Origin: Octopus vulgaris
Taxonomy: Eukaryota
Length of the DNA stretch: 64,000 nt
Direction of reading: 5' to 3'
Assembly (NCBI GenBank): GCA_951406725.2
Contig: OX597815.1
Location: forward strand, 135,284,001-135,348,000
The position numbers were made by a program, and so were the translations under genes. Shown here in pieces: positions 1 through 12,627 of the stretch. The notes under the pieces were generated by a model. It was not told the DNA's origin and did no database searches. It was given only the letters and a program-made list of their open reading frames with translations. How positions within the stretch are numbered: position 1 is the stretch's first letter; each line of letters begins with the position of its first letter.

Positions 1-885
1 ATTTTTACTGTGCTGCTAATAGATTGGAAATGGAGGTTGCATGCTAGTAGTTTTGTTTACTCTTTCTTAGAAAATACAAGCGTTTCAAGGTTTTTGTGCA
101 AATCTGTAATTACCCAGTCTATCACATCTATCATGATAGATGAATGAAAATCATCTATCATAAATGAAAATCTATAGCCAAAGTACAGAAGCAAAAGGAA
201 AGAGAAAGAATTCCCCCAAATTAAAAACTGAAGTAGATTGCTAATGACCTCATCATTAAATGGAAACTGAAATTCTATAGAGCAAAAACTGTTTTATTAT
301 TATTACTAATAAAATAGGAGTACAATATGACTTTATATTAAAATATAAGCGAATACAAATATGATATTATATTAAAATATAAGTGAATACTACATTTTTT
401 ACTACTTTGACTAGCACCATACAATTGTATGTAGGTAAATATACATAACACAGCCTATTAAAACTGGCCAACATTTGACTTTAAGTTTCAATGACAAGGT
501 CCTACAAAAATGTACATAGAAAAATTTTAATAAATATATATATCAAATACTAGTTGTTATCACAAAATTATAATAAAGTTCAAGTAACTACTGCAATGTA
601 TGTGTTGGTAACAGTAACAATATCTATACCAAAACAAAAACAGATTGATGTCTCTGTTGCTTTGCAGTGATGAACTCGGGGGAAATCAACATGAAACTAT
701 TCCAGTATATTACAATCTTATATCAATAATGAATATACCTTAACAACTTAAACAGGGCTCAAGACTTATTTATTTTATTAAATCCAAGAAAATAAATGCT
801 GAGTGAATGCCAGAGAAACAAGACTAAAGACTGTAAAGTACTTAATATGTTGTGATTGAGGAGATCTGGCAAGTAAAGTAAGATT

Positions 886-1398
886 ATAGCTGTAGCCTAT
901 ACCAGTGTCACATAACCAGCCCATTTAAAAGTACCCCCTTGAATCATCGGGCAATATGCTGCACTTAAGAAGACCTATTGAGTCAAGTAAAATCAAAATC
1001 AAATTGAGATCGAAATTGAAATCAAAATGGAAATTGTTGCTGTGGCCAATGCCAGTGCTGCCTGACTGGCACCTGTGCTGGTGGCATGTAAGAAGCACCA
1101 TCTATGCATGGGTCGATGCCAGTGCCACCTGATTAGCTTCTTGTGCTGGTGGCACATAAAAAGCAACATCTGAACATGGTCAATGCCAGTGCCGCTTGTC
1201 TGGTTCACATGCTGGTGGCATTTAAAAAGCATCCACTAACTCTCAGAGTGGCTGGCATTAGGAAGGGCATCCAGCTGTAGAAACCTTGCCAGGTCAGATT
1301 GGAGCCTGGTGCAGCCTACCGGCTTGCCAGTCCTCAGTCAAACCGTTCAACCCATGCCAGTATGGAAAACAGACATTAAACGATAATGATGATAATGA
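886..1398 (+). mobile_element. RTE-clade LINE 3' UTR fragment (3 x ~66-bp units, conserved tail, (GAT)n end)
   Basis: Units of tgccagt..actggc..gtgctggtggca..aaaaagca, then ggcattaggaagggcatccagctgtagaaac...catggaaaacagacattaaacgataatgatg. The same UTR is attached to RTE ORF remnants at 9822-10632 and 40599-42140. Confidence 0.8.
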
Positions 1399-2339
1399 CA
1401 TCCACTATTCTAGTCAACTCACTGTCAAATATATAACTGCACCAAAGAAATACATTTAACTACATCAAAACAAAAAACAAAGCCCAAAAGCTACCTTATT
1501 GTTTCTGCAGCCACATCATTCAACCATATCCAATTAGAAGGCCATTTACCTTGATTGGCAAAGTTTCCATGGTGACAACCCACAATGCTTACTCATTGTT
1601 AAGCCATAACTTTCCATAGTAGCTGCAGCTGCCACTGCCTATCTAAGTACTACAAAATCCTTTCTTCATCTAAAGTTACAGTGTATACCAACTTTATCCA
1701 GTTACCCAACACCCATTTCTTTTCTTCATTCTCTTCCCTTTTGTACACTTATTATCTGTCTCCTGCCTTACTCTATGCTCATAACATCATCTCTCGGAAA
1801 TTCACTATATATCGTTCAAAGATATTTGGTCTATGAACAGAGAGCAGCACCAACCAGTCAGAGGATATGGACCATTGACTTTTCTGGATTGATCTTTCAG
1901 ACTCAGTGACACAGCCATATACATACAACAATATCAAAAACTTATTGTAGCACAACTTTTTTACATTCTTACATAATTATTAAATGGGTAAGAAGAAATG
2001 ATATTTGACTGACATAAAACAGTTTTAGCTAGCAAGGAAAATTTTAACACAAGATATTTTTCTCTGATGTTCTTGTTCCTTTTGCTTTGAAATTTCAAAA
2101 TTGAATGAGCTGTTTCATAAAGTAGGAACAACTTGCTGCTGTATGCTAAAAATATATGGAATTCAAAAGTAAATGGATCCTCTGTTGGTTGTAACGATGT
2201 GTATTCCAACTGTTCAGTAAATCTAACTACCTACTCATTGAATTGTGTGTGTGTGTGCGCAAGCATGCGTGCATGTCTTTTAAGTTGAGAGCAATTTGAT
2301 AAATGGAGCAAGGAGGCAATTAAGGATATAAAGGCAGAG

Positions 2340-3200
2340 GAAAACTGCTGGTAAATAATTTTTTCAAAGACTTGTTTTGTTTTATTATTTTTATGTGTTC
2401 AAAGTGCCTTTTTTATTCATGGGTCATTCATCAACAAAGGAATATTCTGATAGATGTTGTATGCCTCTGTATTTCTTGGATCGTGCACTGATATACAACT
2501 ACTAAGTGTATCAGGAGTGTTTCTTGCTACATATGAGTATCATTTTTGCACATTCTCTTCTGTTAGTGCTTATAGTTACTGGTTCTTGCTCTTCAACTAA
2601 TATGCTTTTAAGGTCTTGAAGTTATTTCTCCTGAGTTTCGAAGTTGGATACAATTGTGCAGATTCTTCTTGCAAGATTAAAAGGTATATTTAGTTTCATG
2701 TGTTTTGGATAGCAGGGAAAAATAACTGATATAACTGATATTGTTTTGAGTCAATAATTTTGAAGTTGATGTCAGTTTCAATGTTTGTATCTCTTTTTAT
2801 GATTTAGATGTCCAAAAGGGGTAATATTTTACTGTCATTTAATTTTGTAATTAATAGATTAGCTTCTGTTCTGTATTCAGGTGGAATCATGATATAGAGA
2901 TTTACTATATCAAATGTGACAAATAGAGTGACTGCGTTAGTTTTATTTGGGAGATGGTTTAGAAAGTCTGAGTAATCTATTGTAAAGCTCGGTATATTTT
3001 TAAGAATGGGTTTTCGGTGTACATCAATAAAATTACTTAGTTTATGCATTTCGCAGGATGGGCCTGCTACAATCAGTCTTAATTTGAGCTCTTTGACTTG
3101 AAGTTAATCCTCTGCACTCTTCATTTGTTTTGCTCTTGTAGATTTGTAGAAGTCTGTAAAAATTTCTGGTTTTGTATTTCAACCTCACTAAACAGCCTCT
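2340..3200 (-). mobile_element. Decayed Penelope-like element (PLE) reverse transcriptase remnant
   Basis: Minus-strand translations give KTRNFYRLLQIYKSK (cf. FYGLPKIHK), ELKLRLIVAGPSCEMHKLSNFID..KPILKNIPS...FVTFDIVNLY and ETDINFKIIDSKQY...PKHMKLNIPFNLARRICTIVS. These match hallmark PLE RT/thumb motifs, with frameshifts and an internal deletion. Confidence 0.85.
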
Positions 3201-3429
3201 TTTTCCTTAAGTCCTTTTGAGACTGTTGGATGAAAGTAGTGAGTTTCTTCATTATTTTAAACTGTTCACCTTTTCATAATAGGTGTTGTCACAAAAATAG
3301 AGACAGTGCACTGTTTTTGTAATGGAAAAGTAATTCAAGTTCTGCAATCAGACAAGTAAAGCAAATGACAAACAATTCTGCCTCAAGCCATATGGCAGAG
3401 CTTGTAAAAAGTTTTTTCCTATATGTCAA

Positions 3430-3690
3430 AATTTTCATCACATCTAATTGCAAACATAATTTATTGCTATGAAACTAACTGAACTCTGAAATTTTCTACC
3501 ATGAACTTTTTCTACCATATGAATTTTCATCATTTCTTACAGAGGTGAAACTTACTGAACACTCGAATTTTCATCATGTTATTTTACTATGAAACCTTAT
3601 TGAACATTTAATATTTGAGCATGTTTTATTGCTATGAATATTTTTTTGCACATTCTCTTTCTTCTAAATTTTCATCATATTTCTATTTAC
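3430..3690. repeat. Degenerate ~44-bp minisatellite
   Basis: Recurring aattttcatcat...ctatgaaac(t)tactgaac motif, about 5 diverged copies. Confidence 0.55.
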
Positions 3691-4167
3691 CATTGAAAAT
3701 CAAAAAAAAAAAAAAAAATTTGACACCAGAATGGTATTTTAATAAATTAGAAAGATTTTTAAACTAAAATTTGTTTTAAAACCCAAGTGTATTTTCAACC
3801 CCAAGATAAATGTATATATAGATACACACACACACGGAAAATCCAGGAAATGTTGATCAAACACAGAATATAAAATATAACAAATAAAGAAGCGAAGATA
3901 AATGCATCATATTTATTATCCAGTTATAAGTGTTTTAGTAACAGATTCAAGTTCACGCAGTATTAAATGAAACCCAATCCTGTCAGTTTAACATGACTTT
4001 CAAATGGATAATACAGTTATAATAGCAATCAGTGGGAAGGGCTTATAATGTTGTAGCAAGAAATAACCACGCTGACATGCCTCACAGAAAGGCTCAATGT
4101 AAAGAAATGAATAGAACGGAAAGGCACATAAGCAACTAGGTAATATCAGTTGTGATGCAAAGGCAAG

Positions 4168-4522
4168 TCATCATCATCATCATCGTTTAACGTCCGCTTT
4201 CCATGCTAGCATGGGTTGGATGATTTTGACTGAGGGCTGGCAAACCAGATGGCTGCACCAGGTTCCAGTCTTGATTTGGCAGAGTTTCTACAGCTGGATG
4301 CCCTACCTAACGCCAACCACTCCGAGAGTGTAGTTAGTGGGTACTTTTTATGTGCCACCGGCATGGGGGCCAGTCAGGCACTGGCAACGACCTTGCTTGA
4401 ATCATTTTATACATGCCACCAGCACAGGTGCTAGTAAGGCGACTTTGGTAACGATCACGCTCGAATGGTGCCCTTTTACGTACCACTGGCACAGAAGCCA
4501 GTTGACTGCTCTTGCAACGATC
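4168..4522 (-). mobile_element. RTE LINE 3' UTR fragment
   Basis: (CAT)n followed by cgtttaacgtccgctttccatgctagcatgggttgg, the reverse complement of the RTE tail, plus ~3 UTR repeat units. Confidence 0.85.
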
Positions 4523-4838
4523 AAAGGATGATAATGTAGTAGCCTGTCTAAGCAGAGAGGAAGGTGTTCAAATCTGAGTAGCAGCAAACACAGATATATT
4601 CACAAAGAAGCATCAATCATGGAGAATGGGTATGTCTAGAATAACAGCAAAGAAACATAGATGAGAAGAAAGAAAGAAGAATGAGGTAGAGAATGAGCAA
4701 GAGAGAAGGAAATAGATATAATACACAAGTAGAGGACTATGAAGAATAGAAAGATAGAAGGACATACGATTAAAGGGGCTGATTAGCATCTCATGAAATC
4801 AAGTAGAATACCAAGTGAAATCACAGTTAAAATATAAA

Positions 4839-5176
4839 GGGTAAAGACCCCCTTTGGTCATGAATGACCATGGAATTGCATCAAGAAATTTACCCTCTGA
4901 GGTACAAGTCCAGGCAAGGTTGTTTATGGAAAACCAACAGTCACACATGCATACTAGCTTCTCTTCTCTACACCACTGATGTTATCTGAGAGTAAGGCAA
5001 AAGCCAACACAGCCTGGCACCAGCGATGTTTCAACTCATTTCTACAGCTGAGTGAACTGGAGCAATATGAAATAAAGTGTCTTGCTCAAGAACAGAGCAC
5101 ACAGCCAGTCCGGGAATTAAACTCACAACCTCATGATTGTGAGCCCGACGTTCTAACCACTGAGCTATGCATCTTC
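4839..5176 (-). mobile_element. tRNA-derived CORE-type SINE
   Basis: Minus strand has a Pol III A box (tagctcagtggttag), a B-box-like gagtttaattccc and a CORE-like ttcttgagcaagacactttatttc...cactcagctgtagaaatgag. A second copy lies at 9355-9656. Confidence 0.8.
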
Positions 5177-6662
5177 ATTATAGTTGAAATATAATACGGT
5201 AACATAATATAAAATTATTTCAGCATACTAAATCAGTAAGTGATTATTCAAGAAAGTGAAAAATTGAAGTGGGAATCATAAAGATAGTTAAGAATGAGAT
5301 AATAAACAGATGATTAAAATTTGAATAAGTAGTTAATACCTGTATAAAATATTAAAAGAGGTTGCAAGACTATAAGTATGGTAAGAGATCAGAATTGAAT
5401 GATAGCAACAGCGAGCATTGAAATAAGGTATCTTTAAAAAGGTTTTATGTTTATTTATATATATTCGTTTATTTTATGTCTGGTTTTCCATGTAAGCATG
5501 GGTTAGACAACTATATTTTTGATGCATTGACTTACATTTGGATGCTCTTCTTGACACTAACCCTTCTTTGTTTTTCAAAGTAAATGATCTCATACTCCAT
5601 GCAGCTCTGAAGGTACAAAGTGATTTGGGGATTTATAGACAGGAAAAATGCCAGCAGAACATTGCATGGGCACTGTGATTTTCAAATAAACAAGCGACAG
5701 ATGTAAACAAACATAATATCAAGAACGCACATATCCAGTCAAACCTAAATTTGTTGTCTTCTCAGCATCTTTGTCACCCTCACATCTCCCTATTATCCAA
5801 CTCACTGCCATTCAAAGATAGGTGGTATGGAAACTACTTGCATCACTCCATCACTCTATCATGCTTACCTATTACAAATGGGTGAGCTCAAACTGGCTCA
5901 GATCTGTTTGTACCCATTATATTCTACCTTCATCCCTTTCTCCACTGACAGTCATTACTCACTTTCCCTTGGATCACGATCATTTATTCTTACCTTTATT
6001 GACCTGTACTAATACATGTTCCTCACTCTTTCTCTTTTCACTCCAATCACAGACTCTCCTATAATACTTCTGGTCCCTTCACCTTCACCTACTCATTCTG
6101 TTTTTTTTTCAAATGAGCAGTGAAAGTATAAGGTTGTGAAGTCCCTTATCTTGCCACAGACTCATATCTGCTGGTATCACAAGAAAATGCACCCAATACA
6201 CAATGTAAAATGGTTGCCAATAGGAAGGGTGCCCAAAAGTAGGAGCCAAAATGAAACATATGAGAACTAGTCTATGAGACTGATAGCTTGAAGTGTGATG
6301 ACCTAATATGAATTGGGTTGAAAAAGGTATGATGATGATGATAGTGTATACAGATATCACTATCATTTTTATCATCATAATGGTTTATTTTTTTCAGTGT
6401 TTACTTTTCTATGCTTGCATGAGTTGGATGGAATTTGCTGAAACAGAATTTCTATGGCTGGGTGTCCTTTCTGTCATCAACCTTTACTAACCATCAAGCA
6501 ACGTAATAATTCCCAAAGTAGGAGTCTATATCCCGTTGAATGTAAGGATTATGAAGCATATATAATGATGGTGAAGTGTATGCAAGTTGAAGCCTATTTG
6601 ACCCTGGGATGGGGGAAAGAAACATTATGCATCTGAAAAGAAGCTTGCATGTATACAAATAG

Positions 6663-7032
6663 ATGTGCTGTCGGCACATAAAAAAGCACCATTTGAGCAT
6701 GGCTAATGCCAGTGTTGCCTGACTGGCACTCATGTTGGTGCACATAAAAAGCACCATTCAAGTGAGGCCAATGCCAGTGTTGCTTGCCTAGCATCCGTGC
6801 TGGTAGTACATAAAAAGCACCATTCAAGTGTGGCCGATGACAGTGGTGCCTGACTGGTATCTGTACTGGTGGCATGTAAAGAACACCCACTACACCCTCA
6901 GAGTGGTTGGCATTAGGAAACCTTGCTAAATCAGATTGGAACCTGGTGCAGCCTCCTAGCTTGCCAGTTCTCAATCAAACCATCCAAACCATGCCAGCAT
7001 GGAAAGCAGATGTTAAATGACGATGATGATGA
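6663..7032 (+). mobile_element. RTE LINE 3' UTR fragment
   Basis: Four aaaaagcacc-type units, then the conserved tail and (GAT)n. Confidence 0.85.
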
Positions 7033-7144
7033 TATATGTATACACATACACATGCACATAGATATACTGATATCAAACAGTGAGAACAGGTGCACAACAT
7101 CACATTAGAGGATAATTTTTTTTTTTATTTGTGGGTGATATACC

Positions 7145-7265
7145 ATGGGTTTCTTTCAGTTTCCATCCACTAAATCTATTCACAAGGCTTTAGTTAACCT
7201 GGAATTATAGTAAAAGACTTACACAAAGTACCATACAGTGTGCTTGAACCTGAAAACATGTGGCT
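7145..7265 (-). mobile_element. tRNA-derived SINE 5' half (family of 45557-45960)
   Basis: gggtttctttcagtttcc...cacaaggcttt...tgaacctgaaaacatgtgg matches the reverse complement of the SINE head. Confidence 0.65.
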
Positions 7266-7267
7266 TC

Positions 7268-7690
7268 TAGTTCATTCCCATTGCATGGACACAGCTAGCT
7301 AGTGTCTTCCTCTACAGCAGCAAACTGACTAAAACCTAGTGTATGAATTTTGGTAAATGGAAAATGAAAGAAGTTCTCTGTATATGTGTGTATGTGTATA
7401 CATATGTGCATGAATTTGTCTGTGTGTGTATGTGCATAATTGAGTGCAAATTCTCATTGTCTTGACATGTACACTGATGGTAAACCAAAGTCCCCATTTA
7501 CATGAACACTTGTTTATGCCCCTTCATGAAAGCAGGTCATTCAATAAACCAGGGGAAGTATGACCATGCACTTGGAAGCAGAGGATGTGTTGGTGACAGC
7601 AATAGCATTCAAGTGTAAAAAATTCAGTTTTGCTCAATGAATTTTTCCCAACCCATGCAAACATGGGAAAGTGGACATTAAAATAATGAT
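7268..7690 (+). mobile_element. Degenerate tRNA-derived SINE with RTE-like 3' tail
   Basis: Head resembles the 45557 family (gttcattcccattgcatgg...gaaagaag). It ends in acccatgcaaacatgggaaagtggacattaaaataatgatg, like the RTE tail. Confidence 0.55.
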
Positions 7691-8599
7691 GAATATATGT
7701 ATGTGTGTGCATGTGTGTGTGTATAGTATGTATATGAGCATGTATAGCCACATATAATTCATACATACATGCATGATACACACACACGCACACACAATAT
7801 GTTTTCCAAATCTCTTTTTTGTTTCTTTGTTTTAATGTTTTGGTGATGAAAATACCATATAAGGAAAATTTTTTTTTCCACCCCCAAAACATTAAAAAAA
7901 AAAAAGTTAGCCTGAAATTTTACGGATGTGAGCAATTATATAACCTTAGGGATATTGATAGGTCATGGTGAGAATTAAAACCAGGTTTGCAGTTTCAAAC
8001 AATGTGAAATATTAATATTGACTCATGATACTTGTTTATTATGATGATAACTATAAAAATGATGCTGTTCACAAAAATAATGATAACGAGAATAAAGAAA
8101 ATAAAGACATTTACTGAAACTCGTACAACATAACAAGTAAACACATATACACTCACTCAATGACAATAACAAATGCACACTAACATATACTAATGCCATG
8201 GTTACAGATGGTAAAAAAAGAGTGAAAAGGAATTGATGTCACTTGCTCGTATGCTATTGACAAAACAGGAAAAAGCAGTTAAGAATTTATGTGAGATGCA
8301 ATGATAAGAGACTGAAATAAATTCCTGTGTGTATATATAATTAAACACATATATATATTATTAGAAACTGAGACTTCCATTAGTTATCCAGGGTATCCGT
8401 ATTTGTATTTTAACAATGTTATTTTCCTTTAAGGAACAAAACGAACACATTCAGAGCAATGAGGGAGGGTGGTCCTAACATTGAATAAATTAGGCTCAAA
8501 ATGGATTTTGTGTGCGTGTGTGTGTTTGTGAGCGTGTGCATTTACGCATGTGTGCATGCGTCCATGTGTGAGTGAGTGTTGCTTTATCTTGAGATCACA

Positions 8600-8815
8600 T
8601 GATGATTGTAAGCAAGCGTCACTGTCACCCAGCAGTATCATTTGTTTCAACTCTTCTGTTTAAAGATGTCTGGCCATGAGGACATATTACCTTACTTGAA
8701 AACTGGTGTGGGTTGGTGACAGGAAGGGCATCAGGCCACAGAAAATTTGTCACAAAGAATTTCAACTGACCCATGAAACCATGGGAAAATGGATGCAAAA
8801 ATGATACCAATGATG
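8600..8815 (+). mobile_element. SINE 3' body with RTE-like tail
   Basis: gggttggtgacaggaagggcatcaggcc...acccatg..catgggaaaatggatgc is homologous to 7450-7690. Confidence 0.55.
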
Positions 8816-8885
8816 CATACATACATATATACATACATACACACATACACACATACATACATATATATATATATATACATATATT

Positions 8886-9044
8886 CACTACACTCATGGA
8901 GTGGTTGGCGTTAGGAAGGGCATCCAGCCATAGAAACATTGCCAGATCAGACTGGGCCTGGTGCAGCCTTCTGGCTTCCCAGACCCCAGTTGAACTGTCC
9001 AACCCATGCTAGCATGGAAAAAGGACGCTAAATGATGATGATGA
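8886..9044 (+). mobile_element. RTE LINE 3' terminal fragment
   Basis: cactacactcatggagtggttggcgttaggaagggcatccagcc...catggaaaaaggacgctaaatgatgatgatga. Confidence 0.85.
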
Positions 9045-9354
9045 CAGCAATCTATTAGCAGCACAATGAAAATATGTAAGACATTCCAAAGATTCTCCAT
9101 CAGAGGTTCTTTAAATGAATATATGCATTACACACACACTCATGCATGCACATGCACACACACACACCTAAACCCTTAAGAGACATGATCACACAGAACA
9201 TAAATGTAGGAGCATATACACACACATATGCGCACACAAACTCAACCACATATTTACAAACCTCTCATCACTCAAAACGTTTTTTTATTTCGTTAGCAAC
9301 CAGCTTAAATTCCATTAACAACTCAAATATATTTCAAAGAAAAACATACATATT

Positions 9355-9656
9355 CCATAGGAATGCACCTAGAAAGTTCCTCTCCAAACACAAGTCTGGG
9401 CAAGGTTGTTTATGGAAGACCAGCAGTTGCCCATGCATACTAACCTTCCCTCTTCACACCACTTTCCAAGGAAAAGGCAAAGGCTGATACAGTTAGGCAG
9501 CAGTGACGTCACAACTCATTTCTGCAGTTGACTGAACTGAAGTAAGGTGAAATAAAGTGCTTTTCTCAAAAACACAACATACAGCCTGGTCCAGGAATTG
9601 AACTCACTACCTCACAATTGTGAGTGCAATGCTCTAACCGCCGAACCATGTGCCTT
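9355..9656 (-). mobile_element. tRNA-derived CORE-type SINE
   Basis: Colinear with 4839-5176 (gcaaggttgtttatggaa, caactcatttct, gaaataaagtg). Confidence 0.75.
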
Positions 9657-9810
9657 ATACATACATGCATACTTACAAACATACATACATACATATTTAG
9701 AATCCAGCCCTAGAAACTATGCAAAAATTGAACCATGTGCCTTATACATGCATCCAGACATACATACATACATATGTATATTCAAGCCCTAGAAACTATG
9801 CCAAAACTGA
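9643..9810 (+). repeat. Local tandem duplication (~85 bp x 2)
   Basis: gaaccatgtgccttatacat...agccctagaaactatgc occurs twice head-to-tail, at 9643 and 9730. Confidence 0.8.
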
Positions 9811-9821
9811 GGTACTTGAAT

Positions 9822-10632
9822 GGTACTTTTTAGGTGCCACCGGCATGGGAACCATCCAGGCAGCACCAGCAATGACCATGCTCGAATGGTGTTTTTTACA
9901 TGCCACTGGCACGAGACCAGTCAGGCGGTACTTGCATCGACCACACTCAAATAGTGCTTTTTACATGCCACTGGCATGGGTGCCAAACAGGCAGTACTGG
10001 TATCGGCCACGACAATGACTTCACTTGACTCAACAGATCTTTGCAAGCACATTTTATTGCCCAATGATTGAGGGATACTCTCAAATGGGCCAGTTATGCT
10101 GCACTGGCATAGGCCATGGTTATGGTCTCACTTGGCTTGCCAGGTCTTCTCAAGCAGAGCATATCTTCAAAAGTCTCAGTTACTTGTCATCACTTCCATG
10201 AGGCCTAACATTCAAAGGTCATACTTCACCACTTCATTACATGTCATCCTGTTCTACCTTTTCCACAGGTTCTCTCCACTGTTAGGGTATGACACATTTT
10301 TACACAACTGTCCTCATCCATATGCAACACATAACCATACCAGTGCAGTCATCTCTCTTGCACTCTACATCTGATGCTTCTTCTGTCCAACTTTTCTCTC
10401 AGGACACTTACACTCTGTCATGTCAGGGCCCTTACACACTGACATTACACATCCAGTGGAGAATACTAGCTTCCTTTCTTGCAAGTTTATGAAAACTACA
10501 CTTTCAGAGCATCCACCCCCACTACTGACTTGGTCCCCTAGGGTATGGAAGCTATCAACTACTTGTAGTTTTTCTCCCTGGAATGTGACAGAAAGCTGTT
10601 CTCTGCACATTTTCATTGTTTATAGCACCTGA
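9822..10632 (-). mobile_element. RTE LINE 3' portion (ORF end and UTR repeats)
   Basis: Minus ORF QGEKLQVVDSFHTLGDQVSSGGGCSESV is the post-RT region of RTE LINEs and is shared with 41133-41405. It is followed by ~3 UTR units. Confidence 0.8.
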
Positions 10633-10914
10633 GCATATGCCACATACAAAACCAGACGAAAGATGGTATCTATGAGAATTTATTAATCACGACAATTGTT
10701 TCATCGCATCTAGCATTAGTTCCTCATGGGTGAGATACTCAACAGCTGGTTCAGGAGCATCCAGCGGTGCAGATGTATCACATCAGGTGATAAATAGACA
10801 CCACTCATTAAAATAACAGTTCTGCAATGTAACTTCTCGTTTTGTTGAAAGGAAAGCAACCAGATTCAAAGAAATATCTTCATTAACATAGAAGATCAAA
10901 AATAAAATCACAGA

Positions 10915-11136
10915 TGTGTGTGTCTTTGTGTCTGTGTTTGTCCACCCTGTCCCCATCACCGCTTGACAAGCAGTGTTGGTGTGTTGGTGTGTTTACATCC
11001 CCATAACTTAGCAGTTCAGCAAAAGAGACTGATAGGATAAGTACTAAGCTTAAAAAATAAGTCCTGGGGTTGAATTGTTCAAGGTGGGGTACTTCAGCAT
11101 GGCCGCAGTCAAATGACCAAAACACTAAAAGAATAA
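10915..11136 (+). mobile_element. tRNA-derived SINE 3' half
   Basis: gcttgacaag...aacttagcagttcagcaaaagagac...cagcatggccgcagtcaaatgac matches the 3' half of 45557-45960. Confidence 0.8.
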
Positions 11137-12251
11137 GTGCTCCTGTTAACTTTCCTTCAAACTATATAACACAAAAAACAGTTTGTCCTTACTTTAATCC
11201 TTGATGCCAGTTCTAAATTTTAAATTAGAAGACATAACATTTGGCACCAAGGAAAATGAAGAAAATAGATGTTGCAGATTTATTTCTAAAAATATATTTC
11301 TGTTTATTTAATAAAATAAATATTTGTAAACAACAATTCTTAAATATTTAGCAAAATAAAGGCAGAATGCACTAAAATTATAATTTTATGTTTATGTCAA
11401 TAAACAATGAAACCTTTATACTTGAAAGCATTAAGTGATTGTCAAGATAAATATATATGTTCGAAAAATCCTACCAAATATCTTTCAGTATTGCTCCCTT
11501 AAGTCTATCAAATGGAAGATACCCACATAACAAAGAAAAAAAAACTTATTCAATAAGGAATACATGAACTAGTAGACACAAGTATTAATGAATCAACCAG
11601 AAAATAAATAGCAACTACTTATCTATTCCTAACAGAAACAAACAAGATAACAGACAGAAATCAAATGAACATGAGCTATAAAATTGATGAAAGAGTTCTG
11701 GGGAGGATAACGTTTCTCCTTATTATTCTACTGGGTAGAGGATAATGAAATGAAATGTATACAGCACACATTCTAAGGCCAAATTAAACTCAGTTTTATA
11801 TAACAAAAGTTCAACACTAGGTGACCTATTGTACTAACAGCAAAAGGAAAAAAGGAAGAAATCACTCAAAAGTAACTAATGTAATTTACAAACTGATGTG
11901 CTCACATAGTAGTTGCTATCAGTGTTGGAAGAGCTTGCAAAGCATCCCTTAAGTACTGCATGATACTCATATTTTTAAACATGCTGTATGCTACTATAAA
12001 TGGAGTGGGGGGAAAACACTGGAAAAATTACAAAAATCCTCCATACAAGCAATTGCATAGTTAAACAGAAAGAATTTGTTTTGACAAAAGCTGTGCTCTA
12101 TAGAAAAATAATCAATGACATTTGACAATTAGCTGAAAAAGAGTCAGCATACATTTGATTCAGTAAAAGCAAAATATTTAGGAATTTTAATCACAAAATT
12201 TAGAAAAAGAGTGTAGCACACTTTAAATGTAGACTCAGTAGTAAGTTTTGT

Positions 12252-12623
12252 AGTGGCACGTAAAAAGCATCATTCGAGCATTATCATTGCCAGAGTCGCC
12301 CTACTGGCACATGTGCCAGTGGCATGTGGGAAACAACATTCGAGCATATTTGTTGCCAGTGCTGCCAGACTGGCTTCCATGCAGGTAGCACATAAAAAAC
12401 GCCTTTTGAGCGTGGTTGTTCCCAGAACCGCCTGACTGGCCCTCATGCTGGTGTCACATAAAAGCACCCACTACACTCTCAGAGTGGTTGGCATTAGGAA
12501 GGGCATCCAGCTGTAGAAACTTTGCCAGCTCAGATTGAGCCTGGTGCAGCCTCTGGCTCACCAGTCCTCAATCAAACCATCCGACCCATGCCAGCATGGA
12601 AAGCGGACATTAAATGATGATGA
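12252..12623 (+). mobile_element. RTE LINE 3' UTR fragment
   Basis: Four UTR units plus the conserved tail ending gcggacattaaatgatgatga. Confidence 0.85.
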
Positions 12624-12627
12624 CCTA

